From assembly GCA_016845065.1 (NCBI GenBank), contig JAERTG010000100.1, positions 107,360-171,359 of the forward strand: a DNA stretch of 64,000 nt, given 5' to 3'. The position numbers and the translations under genes are program-made. Under the pieces are notes generated by a model. It was not told where the DNA came from and made no database searches. It was given only the letters and a program-made list of their open reading frames with translations. Of the stretch, positions 8,403-18,502 are shown one piece after another. Origin of the DNA: Fidelibacterota bacterium (lineage in GTDB: Bacteria; Fidelibacterota; UBA8477; JABMPR01). Position 1 is the stretch's first letter; each line of letters starts with the position of its first letter.

Positions 8403-10805
8403 CTAATAATTGTCCTTCCATTCATGTCTAAACCAACTCTTTCCATCACTTCGGAAAACCAGAGCCCCCTCCAGGTCAGTTCTGAGTATTTCAGTCCCAA
8501 TCCCTTCATATTTTTCGAGTGTTACTTTTGATGGGTGTCTAAATTTGTTCTTCCTCCCAAGACTCATCAGACAAATCTGAGGTCGCACAAGATTGATATA
8601 GTCCTCACTTGAACTTGTTTTCGACCCATGATGCGGTGCTTTGATTATATCACTATTTAGCAAGGTTCCCAGGTGAAGTTGATCCTCCTCAATGATTTCC
8701 TCTCCGTCACCTGTCAATAGCACACTCGATTCTCCATAAAAGAGCTGGATAACTATTGATGTATTATTGATGTTAGACGGACGGGACTCATTGTCATACT
8801 GCTTTGGTCCGGTAACTCGGAAGTAAATTGGTTTTAATGTCGAATCAATGTGCCCCGCAAAAACTGATGAAGTGGGAATATCCATGGCGTCAATAACATC
8901 ACATAACGCATTGTAGCCATAGGAATCATATTCAATTGCAGGCATCATAATCTTTCCCACATCGATATTCTCCATCAAATACTGGGCACCTCCAATGTGA
9001 TCATTATGGGGATGCGTCAGAACAAGAAGATCTATCTTTGACCAATCACGGTGTTTCAAATATGGCAATATCACATCCTTCCCCATATCTTTCCCACCAA
9101 ATCTCAATCCTGCGTCAATAAGCATCGTTTTACCATTTGGAGAATGAATAAGCGTTGCGTCACCTTGTCCCACATCCAGAACCACTAATTCTAGGTTCTG
9201 GGGTGCCAGAAAGGAACGCCAGGTGTGGATGCTAGCCCAAAGAACTATAAGAATTATCCAAAGTTTGATTACCTTTCGGAATTCAAATACTGTGATTGCA
9301 AAAATACTGGCTAAGAGAAAAATCAATTCGAAATGTTGGATAGATCTCACGGTGATATAGGCCCAATCTACCTGCGCACATTTCTGAACAAACCAGAGCA
9401 TGAAATCAACAGCACCTTCAATGGTGGCCGCCCACAATCTTGCCAGCGTCGGAAAAAGAGATCCGATGATAAGAAAGCTCATACCTGTAGCCACTATCAC
9501 CCCGATTAGCGGTACAACCACTATATTTGCCAACAGGCTAACGATAGGAATCTTGTTGAAGTAAAAGATGGTTATGGCCAGTGTTCCCAACTGAGCTGCC
9601 AGAGAAACCAGAAAGAGATCAAAAATGGGAAGTAATAATTTTCCAAACACAGTCGTTTGAGATATTGAAAGATTACTGACCTTATTTTTAAAGATAGGAA
9701 ACAGTACCACAATGCTAACTACTGCCAAAAAGGAAAGCTGAAATCCAATATTGAATAATTGTGCTGGTGAGATAATCAATATGATGAAGGCAGCTGAAGC
9801 AAGAATGTTTAAAATATCTGACTTCCTTTCAAGTAGCGTACCAACAATCATTAAGGAAGCCATTATAGAGGCGCGCATAACCGATGGAGCTGCACCCGTG
9901 AGACCTACATAAAATAGCAATCCCGCGATCACACTACCCATTTGAAAATGATGAGGTAAACGGAGCAGACCGAAAATGGTGATCAGAATTAGAGAAACAT
10001 AGCCTACATGAAGACCACTTACAGCTAGTACATGGATGACTCCTGTATTAGCAAAATTTGATCTTGTGCTCTCTTCAATCTCACTTTTCTCTCCTAGAAT
10101 TAATGCTGATAATATTCCTGCTGAACGTGGAGATAAATACTTGTGGAATTGTCTGGAAATCAATGCCTGTACATCAAGAAACATGAGGGATACCGAGTTG
10201 GAATTCCTGGGATGAAGGATGACCTCTCCAGGGTTTTCGAGAAAAGCCTCGAAATAGATACCTTTGTTCCTCAAATAGCGACCATAATCAAAGTCATGGG
10301 GGTTGCGTTTTCCACGTGGTCTATTAAACAGCATGATCCCAGTGAGAGTATCTCCTGGATGCATGTTCTGTTTTAATTCCTTAGAGTAAAGAATAATTGA
10401 TCCACCTGAAATGGTCTTCCCTTTAATTGTCTCAGGTTTTAACTGAAATCTTGGTGTGCCCCTTCGTGTTTCACCTACAATTTCCACAACTGCCTTGACT
10501 TCATAAACAGAATCTACTATTGCGTTAAACTGTGAAATATGACTATCCGGGATCATCTCATCAACCGCTACTCTGAGACATGCGGAAACTATGATTATCA
10601 ATAATAATATGCGAGGGTGTTTGCTTAACACCGCTACCACTAATAAGACACATGCGATTAAGCCAAGAAGTCCGATGTGGACATTGAGTTTAGTTTGAAT
10701 CGAAATTCCTAAAATAAAAAGAAGTGATACCAATATCATTGGTCTAGGCATCACAAAATTCATGATACTTTTATACATCTTTCCTACATGATTGGGGTTA
10801 TCCAA
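8403..10805 (-). CDS. comEC: DNA internalization competence protein ComEC/Rec2 with C-terminal metallo-beta-lactamase domain
   Basis: Polytopic membrane core (competence domain) plus a C-terminal MBL motif VLTHPHNDHIGG, 800 aa. Confidence 0.85.
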   Translation of the reverse strand: MDNPNHVGKMYKSIMNFVMPRPMILVSLLFILGISIQTKLNVHIGLLGLIACVLLVVAVLSKHPRILLLIIIVSACLRVAVDEMIPDSHISQFNAIVDSVYEVKAVVEIVGETRRGTPRFQLKPETIKGKTISGGSIILYSKELKQNMHPGDTLTGIMLFNRPRGKRNPHDFDYGRYLRNKGIYFEAFLENPGEVILHPRNSNSVSLMFLDVQALISRQFHKYLSPRSAGILSALILGEKSEIEESTRSNFANTGVIHVLAVSGLHVGYVSLILITIFGLLRLPHHFQMGSVIAGLLFYVGLTGAAPSVMRASIMASLMIVGTLLERKSDILNILASAAFIILIISPAQLFNIGFQLSFLAVVSIVVLFPIFKNKVSNLSISQTTVFGKLLLPIFDLFLVSLAAQLGTLAITIFYFNKIPIVSLLANIVVVPLIGVIVATGMSFLIIGSLFPTLARLWAATIEGAVDFMLWFVQKCAQVDWAYITVRSIQHFELIFLLASIFAITVFEFRKVIKLWIILIVLWASIHTWRSFLAPQNLELVVLDVGQGDATLIHSPNGKTMLIDAGLRFGGKDMGKDVILPYLKHRDWSKIDLLVLTHPHNDHIGGAQYLMENIDVGKIMMPAIEYDSYGYNALCDVIDAMDIPTSSVFAGHIDSTLKPIYFRVTGPKQYDNESRPSNINNTSIVIQLFYGESSVLLTGDGEEIIEEDQLHLGTLLNSDIIKAPHHGSKTSSSEDYINLVRPQICLMSLGRKNKFRHPSKVTLEKYEGIGTEILRTDLEGALVFRSDGKSWFRHEWKDNY

Positions 10806-10861
10806 ACATAGGAGACAAAAGTCAATTCACCAAATATTTTATGAGGTAAATGATCAGCAGA

Positions 10862-11503
10862 TCATGAGGGATTGTCATCTCTGACAAAAGTGTAGCCCTG
10901 AAGGGCAAAAGTGATGCTTGGTCCTTCAAAGCCGCGACTTTGAAGAAAGCTCCAAAGTCGCTTTTTATCTTTATACGTAGGTTTATCGGTGTTTCTTAAT
11001 TTCCGTTCAACTAGATCGAGAGCCATTTGGTTGAAGTCATAGTCATCCCTGATAGCTTCAATTTCTGTTTCAGTAATTTTCTTAGAAATTCGTTTCGAAT
11101 TTAACTCATGTCTTAGTCTTATTGGACCATAACCCTTTATCTTCACACGATCACGAATAAAAAGACGAGCAAACCTTTCATCATTCAAGTAGTTTTTTTC
11201 TTTCAGCCTCGGAATCAATTCATCTGACAGATCTTGATACTTTTTTTTGAAAAGCCATTCCTTTACTTCATGCTCACATCTTTCACGAAAGGCGATAAAA
11301 TTGAGCAATCCTGTATATGCCATCTCGATTCTATCATCGTTTTCAAGATTTAGCCGAAGTTCATCAGTATACTCATCACCAACTTTGATGTCATACTTGA
11401 GAAGAAGTGACCCATCTACACCTAACTCAAACTTACCATCAATAAACAAATTAAACCTTTCTCGGAGTTTTTTCTGTTGAGTGATTTTTGTAATTTTGGG
11501 CAT
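10862..11503 (-). CDS. recX: Recombination regulator RecX
   Basis: Sits immediately downstream of recA. Repeated three-helix RecX-like segments (YLNDERFARLFIRDRVKIKGYGPIRLRHEL). Confidence 0.7.
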   Translation of the reverse strand: MPKITKITQQKKLRERFNLFIDGKFELGVDGSLLLKYDIKVGDEYTDELRLNLENDDRIEMAYTGLLNFIAFRERCEHEVKEWLFKKKYQDLSDELIPRLKEKNYLNDERFARLFIRDRVKIKGYGPIRLRHELNSKRISKKITETEIEAIRDDYDFNQMALDLVERKLRNTDKPTYKDKKRLWSFLQSRGFEGPSITFALQGYTFVRDDNPS

Positions 11504-11564
11504 GATATAAAAAATGGGCTCCCATAGATTTTATGGAAGCCCATCATTTTTGTGTTTACATTTA

Positions 11565-12599
11565 TTATTCAGGTTTTTCGTCAGGGGTATCCATTCCTAA
11601 AAATAGGCGTACCTCGCCGACCAGTTTGGCTAGAAGATCAGGATTTTCAATAAAGAAGTTTTTGACATTTTCCTTACCTTGACCCAGGCGATCATCCCCA
11701 TAGCTAAACCATGATCCACTTTTCTGTACCAGATTGGCCTGCAATGCAAGGTCAAGAATATCACCCTCGAATGAGAAACCCTGACCGAACATAATGTCCA
11801 ACTCAGTCTCGCGAAAAGGTGGAGCCATTTTGTTTTTCACGATTTTTACTCGGACACGATTACCAATATTATCCTGACCATCCTTGAGTGCACCAATTCT
11901 TCTGATATCCAATCGGACTGAGGAATAAAATTTAAGGGCGCGTCCACCTGTAGTTGTCTCTGGGCTGCCAAACATGACACCAATTTTTTCACGAATCTGA
12001 TTGATAAAAATAACTGATGTGTTTGACTTGGAAACAGCCCCAGTCAATTTCCGAAGTGCCTGCGACATAAGCCGTGCATGTAGACCAACATGACTGTCCC
12101 CCATTTCACCTTCTAATTCTGAGCGTGGAACCAGGGCAGCAACGGAATCAATGACTATGACGTCAAGCGCATTACTTCGCACAAGTGTTTCGGTGATTTC
12201 CAGAGCCTGTTCCCCTGAATCAGGTTGAGAGATCAGCAAATTCTTGACATCAACACCCAGTTGGCCGGCGTATTTGGGATCAAGTGCATGTTCAGCATCA
12301 ACAAATGCTGCATAACCACCATCTTTTTGTGCACTTGCAACAACATGTAGTGCAAGAGTAGTTTTACCCGAAGATTCTGGTCCATATACCTCAATAATCC
12401 GTCCCCTGGGTACACCTCCAACTCCGAGAGCGGCATCCAACGAAAGTGCACCAGTAGAAATAGCCTCTACCTGGATGTTCATCTGCTCTTCGCCTAACCT
12501 CATAACTGCTCCTGCACCAAATTGTCGTTCAATTTGGGAGACGGCTAATTCTATCGCTTTATCTTTATCTTTTGATTTCCCTTGAGCAGCGCTCATCAC
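11565..12599 (-). CDS. recA: Recombinase RecA
   Basis: Walker [17 protein letters not shown] and a highly conserved RecA core throughout. Confidence 0.95.
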   Translation of the reverse strand: MMSAAQGKSKDKDKAIELAVSQIERQFGAGAVMRLGEEQMNIQVEAISTGALSLDAALGVGGVPRGRIIEVYGPESSGKTTLALHVVASAQKDGGYAAFVDAEHALDPKYAGQLGVDVKNLLISQPDSGEQALEITETLVRSNALDVIVIDSVAALVPRSELEGEMGDSHVGLHARLMSQALRKLTGAVSKSNTSVIFINQIREKIGVMFGSPETTTGGRALKFYSSVRLDIRRIGALKDGQDNIGNRVRVKIVKNKMAPPFRETELDIMFGQGFSFEGDILDLALQANLVQKSGSWFSYGDDRLGQGKENVKNFFIENPDLLAKLVGEVRLFLGMDTPDEKPE

Positions 12600-13171
12600 T
12601 GACCTCCACTATTAAAATTAAATATTTTCAATTCCTCATACTCCGCACCCATCGGCGTCAATGTACTCTTCATGCACACCACAGTATCAACTTCAAAATT
12701 GAATTCACGCACTTCCGTTGTCAGAAAGTCATGGATAAAAGAGCTTTTGCGTGAGATTGTTTTGACGCGAGCAAGCGTAATATGTGGCTGAAATTGACGA
12801 TTATCAAGTCTATATCCTAAATGGGTTAATTCTCTATCCAATTTGCGCTTAAACGAGTCCAAAGTAAGATCGTGCGGTACCGATCCAACCCACAGTACTC
12901 TGGGATCATTTGCATGAGGATATATTCCTGTATCAGTCGTTCCCAGGCTAAAAGGTGGAAACTCATTTACAACAGATTCAATTTGACTGGCATGATCTTC
13001 AATTGTATTTGAATCTGTTTCACCTAAATAATTCAAGGTGATATGAATATTTTCACTTTTTACCCAATTTACCTTATCTCGCCGATCAATGATCGGTTCC
13101 AGCATGTTCCTGAAATAGTCTTTTATTTCCTTGGGAACTGGGAACGCCAGGAAGGTCCTTATTTCGTTCAC
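12596..13171 (-). CDS. thpR: RNA 2',3'-cyclic phosphodiesterase (2H phosphoesterase, ThpR/LigT)
   Basis: Two H-x-T/S-x motifs ([11 protein letters not shown] and QPHITLAR). 4-nt overlaps with cinA upstream and recA downstream. Confidence 0.8.
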   Translation of the reverse strand: MNEIRTFLAFPVPKEIKDYFRNMLEPIIDRRDKVNWVKSENIHITLNYLGETDSNTIEDHASQIESVVNEFPPFSLGTTDTGIYPHANDPRVLWVGSVPHDLTLDSFKRKLDRELTHLGYRLDNRQFQPHITLARVKTISRKSSFIHDFLTTEVREFNFEVDTVVCMKSTLTPMGAEYEELKIFNFNSGGQ

Positions 13172-14418
13172 TGAGTAGTTTCCCCAATTAAAAGCCTGAG
13201 CATGTTGAGCGATGAATAAGCACTCATTTCCTTATTCAGGATACGATTTCCCCCAAATTGGAATCGCCTGATATTTTGATGTTCCTTATGAGCCACACCT
13301 ATAAACACAGTCCCAACTGGTTTCTCTTCCGAACCCCCAGTAGGACCAGCTACACCTGAAATTGCCACAGCATAATCAGCACCGCTGTTTTTCAAGGTTC
13401 CTGATAGCATTTCTGAAACTGTGTTCTCACTGACTGCCCCATGTTCAATCAACGTTTGCTCCTGAACATCCAACATAGACATTTTTGTCTCATTGGCGTA
13501 GGTAACATAACCGGTTTGGAAGTATTCACTGCTTCCACTGATATCGGTAATAAGGCTAGCGACCAGCCCACCAGTACACGACTCTGCAGTGGCAACAGTG
13601 GCATTATTTTTTTGGAGGAGTTCACCGATGAGAACAGGTAGCAGTTCATCATCACGACCATAAATATTCTTGGGTTTTATATCTCGTATTCTAGTAAAAA
13701 TCTCGTTTTTCAGTTTTTGATCTTCATCTGGAGAGATTGAAGGGAATGAAACCCGAATTGTTACCATGCCTTGCTTGGGTAAGTAGGCAATTTTTAGATC
13801 AGAGTAATCATTAAAAACCGGCTTAGTTAATTCATATAGAGCAGATTCTGGTACACCTATTGAGTGTATGTCAATTATGGCAATGGAAGACTGCGTTAAT
13901 TCTGTAAGAAAGGGTATTATTTGACCAGTGGTTACGATCTCCATTTCACGGGGTACACCAGCCATCACGAATAGGTGTTTTCCCTGATAATTGATTTGCA
14001 TCCCCTGTGCAGTACCAAAAGGATTCTCTAACAGACTAGCATTTTCTGGGTATTCAGCTTGAGACCTATTGGATTCAGAAAACTTGAACCCCCTGCGCAC
14101 AAAGCGATGCTTGAGAGTTTCCAGTATCTCAGGATACAGCTTTAACCCAACATCAAAATACTCACAGAGTACCGATTTTGTGATGTCATCATGAGTAGGT
14201 CCCAGCCCACCAGTCAGTGTAACCACATCTGCCTGGCTGAATGCCAAGTCCAATGCATCCTTGATGTCTTGTGCAATATCCCCAATAATCAATTTTTTTC
14301 TGACTGGAATTCCAATCATTTCCAATTGCTGCGAAATGAAGGCATTGTTTGAATCAAGGGTCTTACCGGATAATAATTCATCCCCAATGGATATCGTTAT
14401 AGCCTTTAAGCGTTTCAT
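13168..14418 (-). CDS. cinA: Competence/damage-inducible protein CinA (MoCF-binding N-domain plus CinA C-domain)
   Basis: N-terminal MoaB/MogA-like fold (ITISIGDELLSGKTLDSN) and a C-terminal CinA domain. 416 aa. Confidence 0.85.
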   Translation of the reverse strand: MKRLKAITISIGDELLSGKTLDSNNAFISQQLEMIGIPVRKKLIIGDIAQDIKDALDLAFSQADVVTLTGGLGPTHDDITKSVLCEYFDVGLKLYPEILETLKHRFVRRGFKFSESNRSQAEYPENASLLENPFGTAQGMQINYQGKHLFVMAGVPREMEIVTTGQIIPFLTELTQSSIAIIDIHSIGVPESALYELTKPVFNDYSDLKIAYLPKQGMVTIRVSFPSISPDEDQKLKNEIFTRIRDIKPKNIYGRDDELLPVLIGELLQKNNATVATAESCTGGLVASLITDISGSSEYFQTGYVTYANETKMSMLDVQEQTLIEHGAVSENTVSEMLSGTLKNSGADYAVAISGVAGPTGGSEEKPVGTVFIGVAHKEHQNIRRFQFGGNRILNKEMSAYSSLNMLRLLIGETTQ

Positions 14419-14870
14419 ATAAATGCAGCAACCCCTTGAATAATTATCAGGACCAGGATACCGGCTAAAATATCATCCATCATTACACCAAGTCCACCGG
14501 GTAAGTGTTGAGATTTATCTATAGGTCCAGGTTTCCATATATCGAATATTCTAAAAAGAATAAATGCTCCGAACCAGAAACCCCAATGTGAAGGAATGGC
14601 GAGCACAGCGATCCATTGCCCTACAAGTTCATCAATCACAATTTCCCCTGGATCTTCAATCCCCAAGGATTCCCCAACCTTATTTGAGGCATATACACCC
14701 ATGAGCGTCAAGACAGCAATGAAACCCATAGTGATAATGGGATTATCGGTCACCATGGTACTCCAAAAATATGCGATGGGAAGTGTCACCAGCGATCCGT
14801 AGGTACCTGGCGCGCCGGGTATAAGACCTATATATCCTACTGAGGTGAATCCACGTAAAACTTGAATCAT
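14415..14870 (-). CDS. pgpA: Phosphatidylglycerophosphatase A
   Basis: PgpA-like membrane protein (GLIPGAPGTYGSL, GVMMDDILAG). Start ATG at 14868-14870 forms an ATGA overlap with the pgsA stop. The upstream part of the track ORF (to 14984) is an out-of-frame extension. Confidence 0.75.
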   Translation of the reverse strand: MIQVLRGFTSVGYIGLIPGAPGTYGSLVTLPIAYFWSTMVTDNPIITMGFIAVLTLMGVYASNKVGESLGIEDPGEIVIDELVGQWIAVLAIPSHWGFWFGAFILFRIFDIWKPGPIDKSQHLPGGLGVMMDDILAGILVLIIIQGVAAFI

Positions 14871-15460
14871 TCGCTTTCCGAAAAGAGGGATTTCAGAAAT
14901 GCGCGATTTATCCATAAGTAATTTAAACCAGTATATGCTGTAACCAGGCCGGTTAAAGTAAAAATGGTTTCGGTGACGAACCACTCTTCCATCACAGCTA
15001 CCATTGAATCGAGCGATTCAAAGTGCCCGAGAAGAATGAAGATCAACCCCACATACATTGAGATATACTGAAAAACGGTTTTTAACTTGGCCAATCGACT
15101 GGTATTCATTGAAGCACCGTTAGCCAGCATCCCCCAGCGTAATAGCGTAACAAGACCATCTCTAAGAATAATGACAGCTGTAATCCAGATGGGTATGACA
15201 TCTAAAATATTCAGCGTAATAAAAGTGCTGTTCACCAGAATCTTATCTGCAAGTGGATCCATAAATTTACCAAACTCACTAACTACCTGGAGTTTCCGCG
15301 CAATTATTCCATCAAACAAGTCTGTGAGTGATGCGATGATAAACAACACCAGAGCCAGGGCATGGAGCGCTAAACCATCAAAACCGATCAGTAGCCATAC
15401 GATTAATGGTGTGATTACAATTCGAAAAATAGTCAGGATGTTCGGTAAATTATGTATCAT
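14867..15460 (-). CDS. pgsA: CDP-diacylglycerol--glycerol-3-phosphate 3-phosphatidyltransferase
   Basis: CDP-alcohol phosphatidyltransferase motif DGIIARK..G...D....D and an N-terminal NLPNILTIFRI. Confidence 0.85.
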   Translation of the reverse strand: MIHNLPNILTIFRIVITPLIVWLLIGFDGLALHALALVLFIIASLTDLFDGIIARKLQVVSEFGKFMDPLADKILVNSTFITLNILDVIPIWITAVIILRDGLVTLLRWGMLANGASMNTSRLAKLKTVFQYISMYVGLIFILLGHFESLDSMVAVMEEWFVTETIFTLTGLVTAYTGLNYLWINRAFLKSLFSESE

Positions 15461-16053
15461 GTCAATTCATGCCTGTCGTCCAGGGCTCTCCCTAAAGTTA
15501 CTCCGTCAATATACTCAAGATCCCCTCCACTGGGAATTCCTCTTGCAAGTCGGGTTACTTTAATATCTTTTTCCTCTAATAGTCGTGCCAGATACAACGA
15601 AGTTGTTTCACCTTCCACACTAGGATTCATGGCTATCACAATTTCTGTAATATCTTCCAAACGTGTCATAAGATTCCGAATATTCAATTCGTCAGGTCCC
15701 ACACCCTCCAGAGGTGAGAGAACACCACCGAGGATGTGATACTTGCCGCTAAAGCGACTCGTCTCTTCTATGGCTACTACGTCCTTGGAATCTTCTACTA
15801 CACAGAGTATTGATTCATCCCTCCGCGTATCAAGACATACAGGACATGGATCTGTTTCTGTGATCAGATTACAAATGGAACATTGTCGCAATTTCTCGCT
15901 GCTCTGAATGATGACATCACCAAGCCTTTGAACATCCTCGGTATTCCATTCAATCAGCTGAAAAGCCATTCGTTGTGCAGTTTTTTTTCCAATCCCTGGA
16001 AACCTGGAGAACTGCTCAGTGATGCGTTCCAAACTTTCAGGCAGAATTTTCAT
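15457..16053 (-). CDS. recR: Recombination protein RecR
   Basis: HhH N-terminus, C4 zinc finger ([16 protein letters not shown]) and Toprim domain. Confidence 0.9.
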   Translation of the reverse strand: MKILPESLERITEQFSRFPGIGKKTAQRMAFQLIEWNTEDVQRLGDVIIQSSEKLRQCSICNLITETDPCPVCLDTRRDESILCVVEDSKDVVAIEETSRFSGKYHILGGVLSPLEGVGPDELNIRNLMTRLEDITEIVIAMNPSVEGETTSLYLARLLEEKDIKVTRLARGIPSGGDLEYIDGVTLGRALDDRHELT

Positions 16054-16388
16054 CCAAGTCCGGGAATATTAAGTCCGCCCATTCCACCCATCATACCACC
16101 AGTAACCTGTGACATTCTTGAATTGGCCGCATCCTGGGCATTTGTTAGGGCTTGATTTACTGCTGCCAGTACCAGGTCTTCTACCATATCAACATCATCT
16201 TCCAGCACATCTGGCTCGATTTTGATAGATAATACCTGCATTTTGGCATTGGCTTTGACATTTACCATACCACCACCAGCAGATCCTTCTACTTCGATAG
16301 CAGCCAGCTCATTCTGAGCAATTTCCATTTCTTTTTGCATCTTTTGGGCTTGTTTTAAAAGGTTGCCCATTCCGCCTTTTGGCATCAT
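16050..16388 (-). CDS. ybaB: Nucleoid-associated protein YbaB/EbfC
   Basis: Typical YbaB sequence ([14 protein letters not shown]..., 112 aa) located between dnaX and recR as in many bacteria. Confidence 0.85.
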   Translation of the reverse strand: MMPKGGMGNLLKQAQKMQKEMEIAQNELAAIEVEGSAGGGMVNVKANAKMQVLSIKIEPDVLEDDVDMVEDLVLAAVNQALTNAQDAANSRMSQVTGGMMGGMGGLNIPGLG

Positions 16389-16417
16389 TGGAGGTCTCTC
16401 CTATTGGTGTTCATATT

Positions 16418-18211
16418 CTACTCATCAATGATCTCTCCATCAAAAATATCCAGGAGATGTTGTGATGTTGGATGAGCTAATATTTCATCTTCTTTACGTT
16501 GTTTGGGTTTACGACCATTTTCCTCTAATAGCAAAATAGTCATTTTTGTTCCAAAAACATCTGTAGCAATTTTATGAATATCTTCTGTATTCTTATTGAG
16601 GGTTTGAATGTGATATTTTTGTTCTGGAGCGAATGAGACCGTCAAACAACCTTTCTCAAAGCTGGCGGGAGTCCCTTCACTCATAAAAGCGCTGGTAGAA
16701 CGGCTAATTTTTCCGAGACTTTCGATAAATTTCTCCCATTGTGGCAGGAGTGTCTCAATTTTTAATTCATCAGATGAGTCAGCATCAACAGTGTTGCTTT
16801 CTGCCGCTGGGGAACTATCATTTTCAATAATTGGTTCAGGCGCAGGGTCGGATACAACTTCCTCAGCACGTTCCGGTTCAGGGGCTGGTATTGGCTCAAT
16901 TACTTCTTCTTCAACTGGTTCAGATATGACGGCTTTGGCTGTAACAGCAGGTTCTGGTGTAGGTTTTGGAGTTGGTTTCGGTTTAGATTCTGATTTACTT
17001 GGAGCTGAATCGGCCATAACAGGTGGTGGAGTTGGTTTTGCATGTGCAGCCTTTGGAGGAGTCACTGCTGGTACACTTCTCCCTGTCAGAATCGCATCCA
17101 AGTCTAGGGCACGCGTGCTTCGAGACAGCTTTAACAACATGAGTTCAACTGAAACCAATTGATTGCTCACAAAGCGTTGTTCTCTGACAGTTTCCTGCAC
17201 AATATTTTGCATGCGTAACAGATCCCGCTCCTCAAAAGATGTTGCTTGTTCCTCAAGAGCTTTCGCATCTGTATCGGAAACATCAAGGTAATCGGTTATT
17301 CCAGCTACCTTCACAATGAGGAGATTTCTAATGTGCTCACTGAGACCATGCAGAAATTCAGAAATGCTGATTCCTCTGGAGAAAAGTAAATTGGCCTGGT
17401 TCATGAGATTTTCAGCGGACTGACCTGCTACATTGTGCATCAGTTCGAAATAGATTGTGGCGTCAAGGACACCCAAAACCCGTCTCACAAGATCAATTGA
17501 AGCTTCATCCTCAGCAAAGGCGGAAACCTGATCCAACAAGCTCAAAGAATCTCTTAAACTCCCTGCCGCCTTCCGGGCAATCAGGGCTAATCCTTCTTCC
17601 GAGATTGAAATCCCTTCTTTTTCACTAATCATTGCTAGCCGTGCTACCATGGTTTCCGTTGAAATCATACGAAAATCGTAGCGTTGGCAGCGTGATAGTA
17701 TGGTGAGGGGGACTTTTTGTGGTTCAGTTGTGGCAAAAATAAAAAGCACCTGAGGTGGTGGTTCTTCCAGAGTTTTCAGAAGCGCATTAAAGGCTTCTTT
17801 TGTAAGCATATGTACTTCATCAATGATATAGACACGATAATTTGAATTTGCTGGCGGATATTTTACAACTTCGCGTAGCTCCCTGATTGCATCGATACCA
17901 CGGGTAGAGGCTCCATCCACTTCCAGGACATCAAGGCTACGCCCAGCCGTAATCTCAATACAATGGTTGCAGGTGTTGCAGGGATTCCCATCGTTGGGAT
18001 TTTCACAATTGATAGCCTTAGCCAGAATTCGAGCTGAAGTGGTTTTACCAACACCTCTTGGTCCAGTAAATATGTACCCATTCGCCAGTCGTTGTCTTAG
18101 AAGAGCATTTCGAAGCGTTCTGGAAACATGATCCTGACCCACCACATCCTCAAATGTCTGTGGTCGGTACTTTAGCGAGGAGACTATGTATACAGATTCT
18201 TGATCAGCCAC
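16418..18211 (-). CDS. dnaX: DNA polymerase III subunit gamma/tau
   Basis: KYRPQTFEDVVGQ, Walker A GPRGVGKTT, zinc module CNTCNHC, and a Pro/Thr-rich linker. The track ORF extends to 18361, but that N-terminal 50 aa translates the SRP RNA gene. The likely true start is GTG at 18209-18211 or nearby. Confidence 0.85.
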   Translation of the reverse strand: MADQESVYIVSSLKYRPQTFEDVVGQDHVSRTLRNALLRQRLANGYIFTGPRGVGKTTSARILAKAINCENPNDGNPCNTCNHCIEITAGRSLDVLEVDGASTRGIDAIRELREVVKYPPANSNYRVYIIDEVHMLTKEAFNALLKTLEEPPPQVLFIFATTEPQKVPLTILSRCQRYDFRMISTETMVARLAMISEKEGISISEEGLALIARKAAGSLRDSLSLLDQVSAFAEDEASIDLVRRVLGVLDATIYFELMHNVAGQSAENLMNQANLLFSRGISISEFLHGLSEHIRNLLIVKVAGITDYLDVSDTDAKALEEQATSFEERDLLRMQNIVQETVREQRFVSNQLVSVELMLLKLSRSTRALDLDAILTGRSVPAVTPPKAAHAKPTPPPVMADSAPSKSESKPKPTPKPTPEPAVTAKAVISEPVEEEVIEPIPAPEPERAEEVVSDPAPEPIIENDSSPAAESNTVDADSSDELKIETLLPQWEKFIESLGKISRSTSAFMSEGTPASFEKGCLTVSFAPEQKYHIQTLNKNTEDIHKIATDVFGTKMTILLLEENGRKPKQRKEDEILAHPTSQHLLDIFDGEIIDE

Positions 18212-18255
18212 GATATGGAACTTTCCAGTTGGTTGAATAATAGCTGATCTCAAAG

Positions 18256-18368
18256 ATGCGCGTGCCCCAGGCAATTCCGACACACGATTACAATGCTTAC
18301 CGCTGCTTCCTTCCGGATCTGACGGGGTTCGGCTCGCTCTCATTGCAGGACCTGAAAGCACAACGCAT
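18256..18368 (-). ncRNA. ffs: Signal recognition particle RNA (small/4.5S-type ffs)
   Basis: The minus strand carries the helix-8 motif GUCAGAUCCGGAAGGAAGCAGCG (plus-strand 18301-18323 reverse complement). Its flanking arms AUGCGUUGUGC (5') and GCACGCGCAU (3') can pair. The position upstream of dnaX is the conserved bacterial ffs-dnaX synteny. Ends are approximate. Confidence 0.65.
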
Positions 18369-18502
18369 CTTCAAGATCAGTCGATGTTAAATACTCATTA
18401 AAAAAGCAGAATAATGTATCAATTATCAGAGGTGAAGGAAGTCTGATTTGATCTTATTATTCTATGTCATAGTCGCTGTGAACAGCAAATATATGTGCTA
18501 CT

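Noticed and set aside
14871-14984. Upstream 38 aa of the pgpA ORF in the track
   Set aside because: Overlaps pgsA out of frame. An ATG at 14868-14870 gives a canonical ATGA stop-start overlap and a normal PgpA N-terminus.
16791-17162. Plus-strand ORF of 123 aa, Gly/Ser/Ala-rich
   Set aside because: Antisense to the Pro/Thr/Ala-rich linker of DnaX tau. A compositional artefact.
18212-18361. N-terminal 50 aa of the dnaX ORF as called in the six-frame track
   Set aside because: This segment is the SRP RNA gene (ffs). DnaX homologues start about 10 aa before KYRPQTF.
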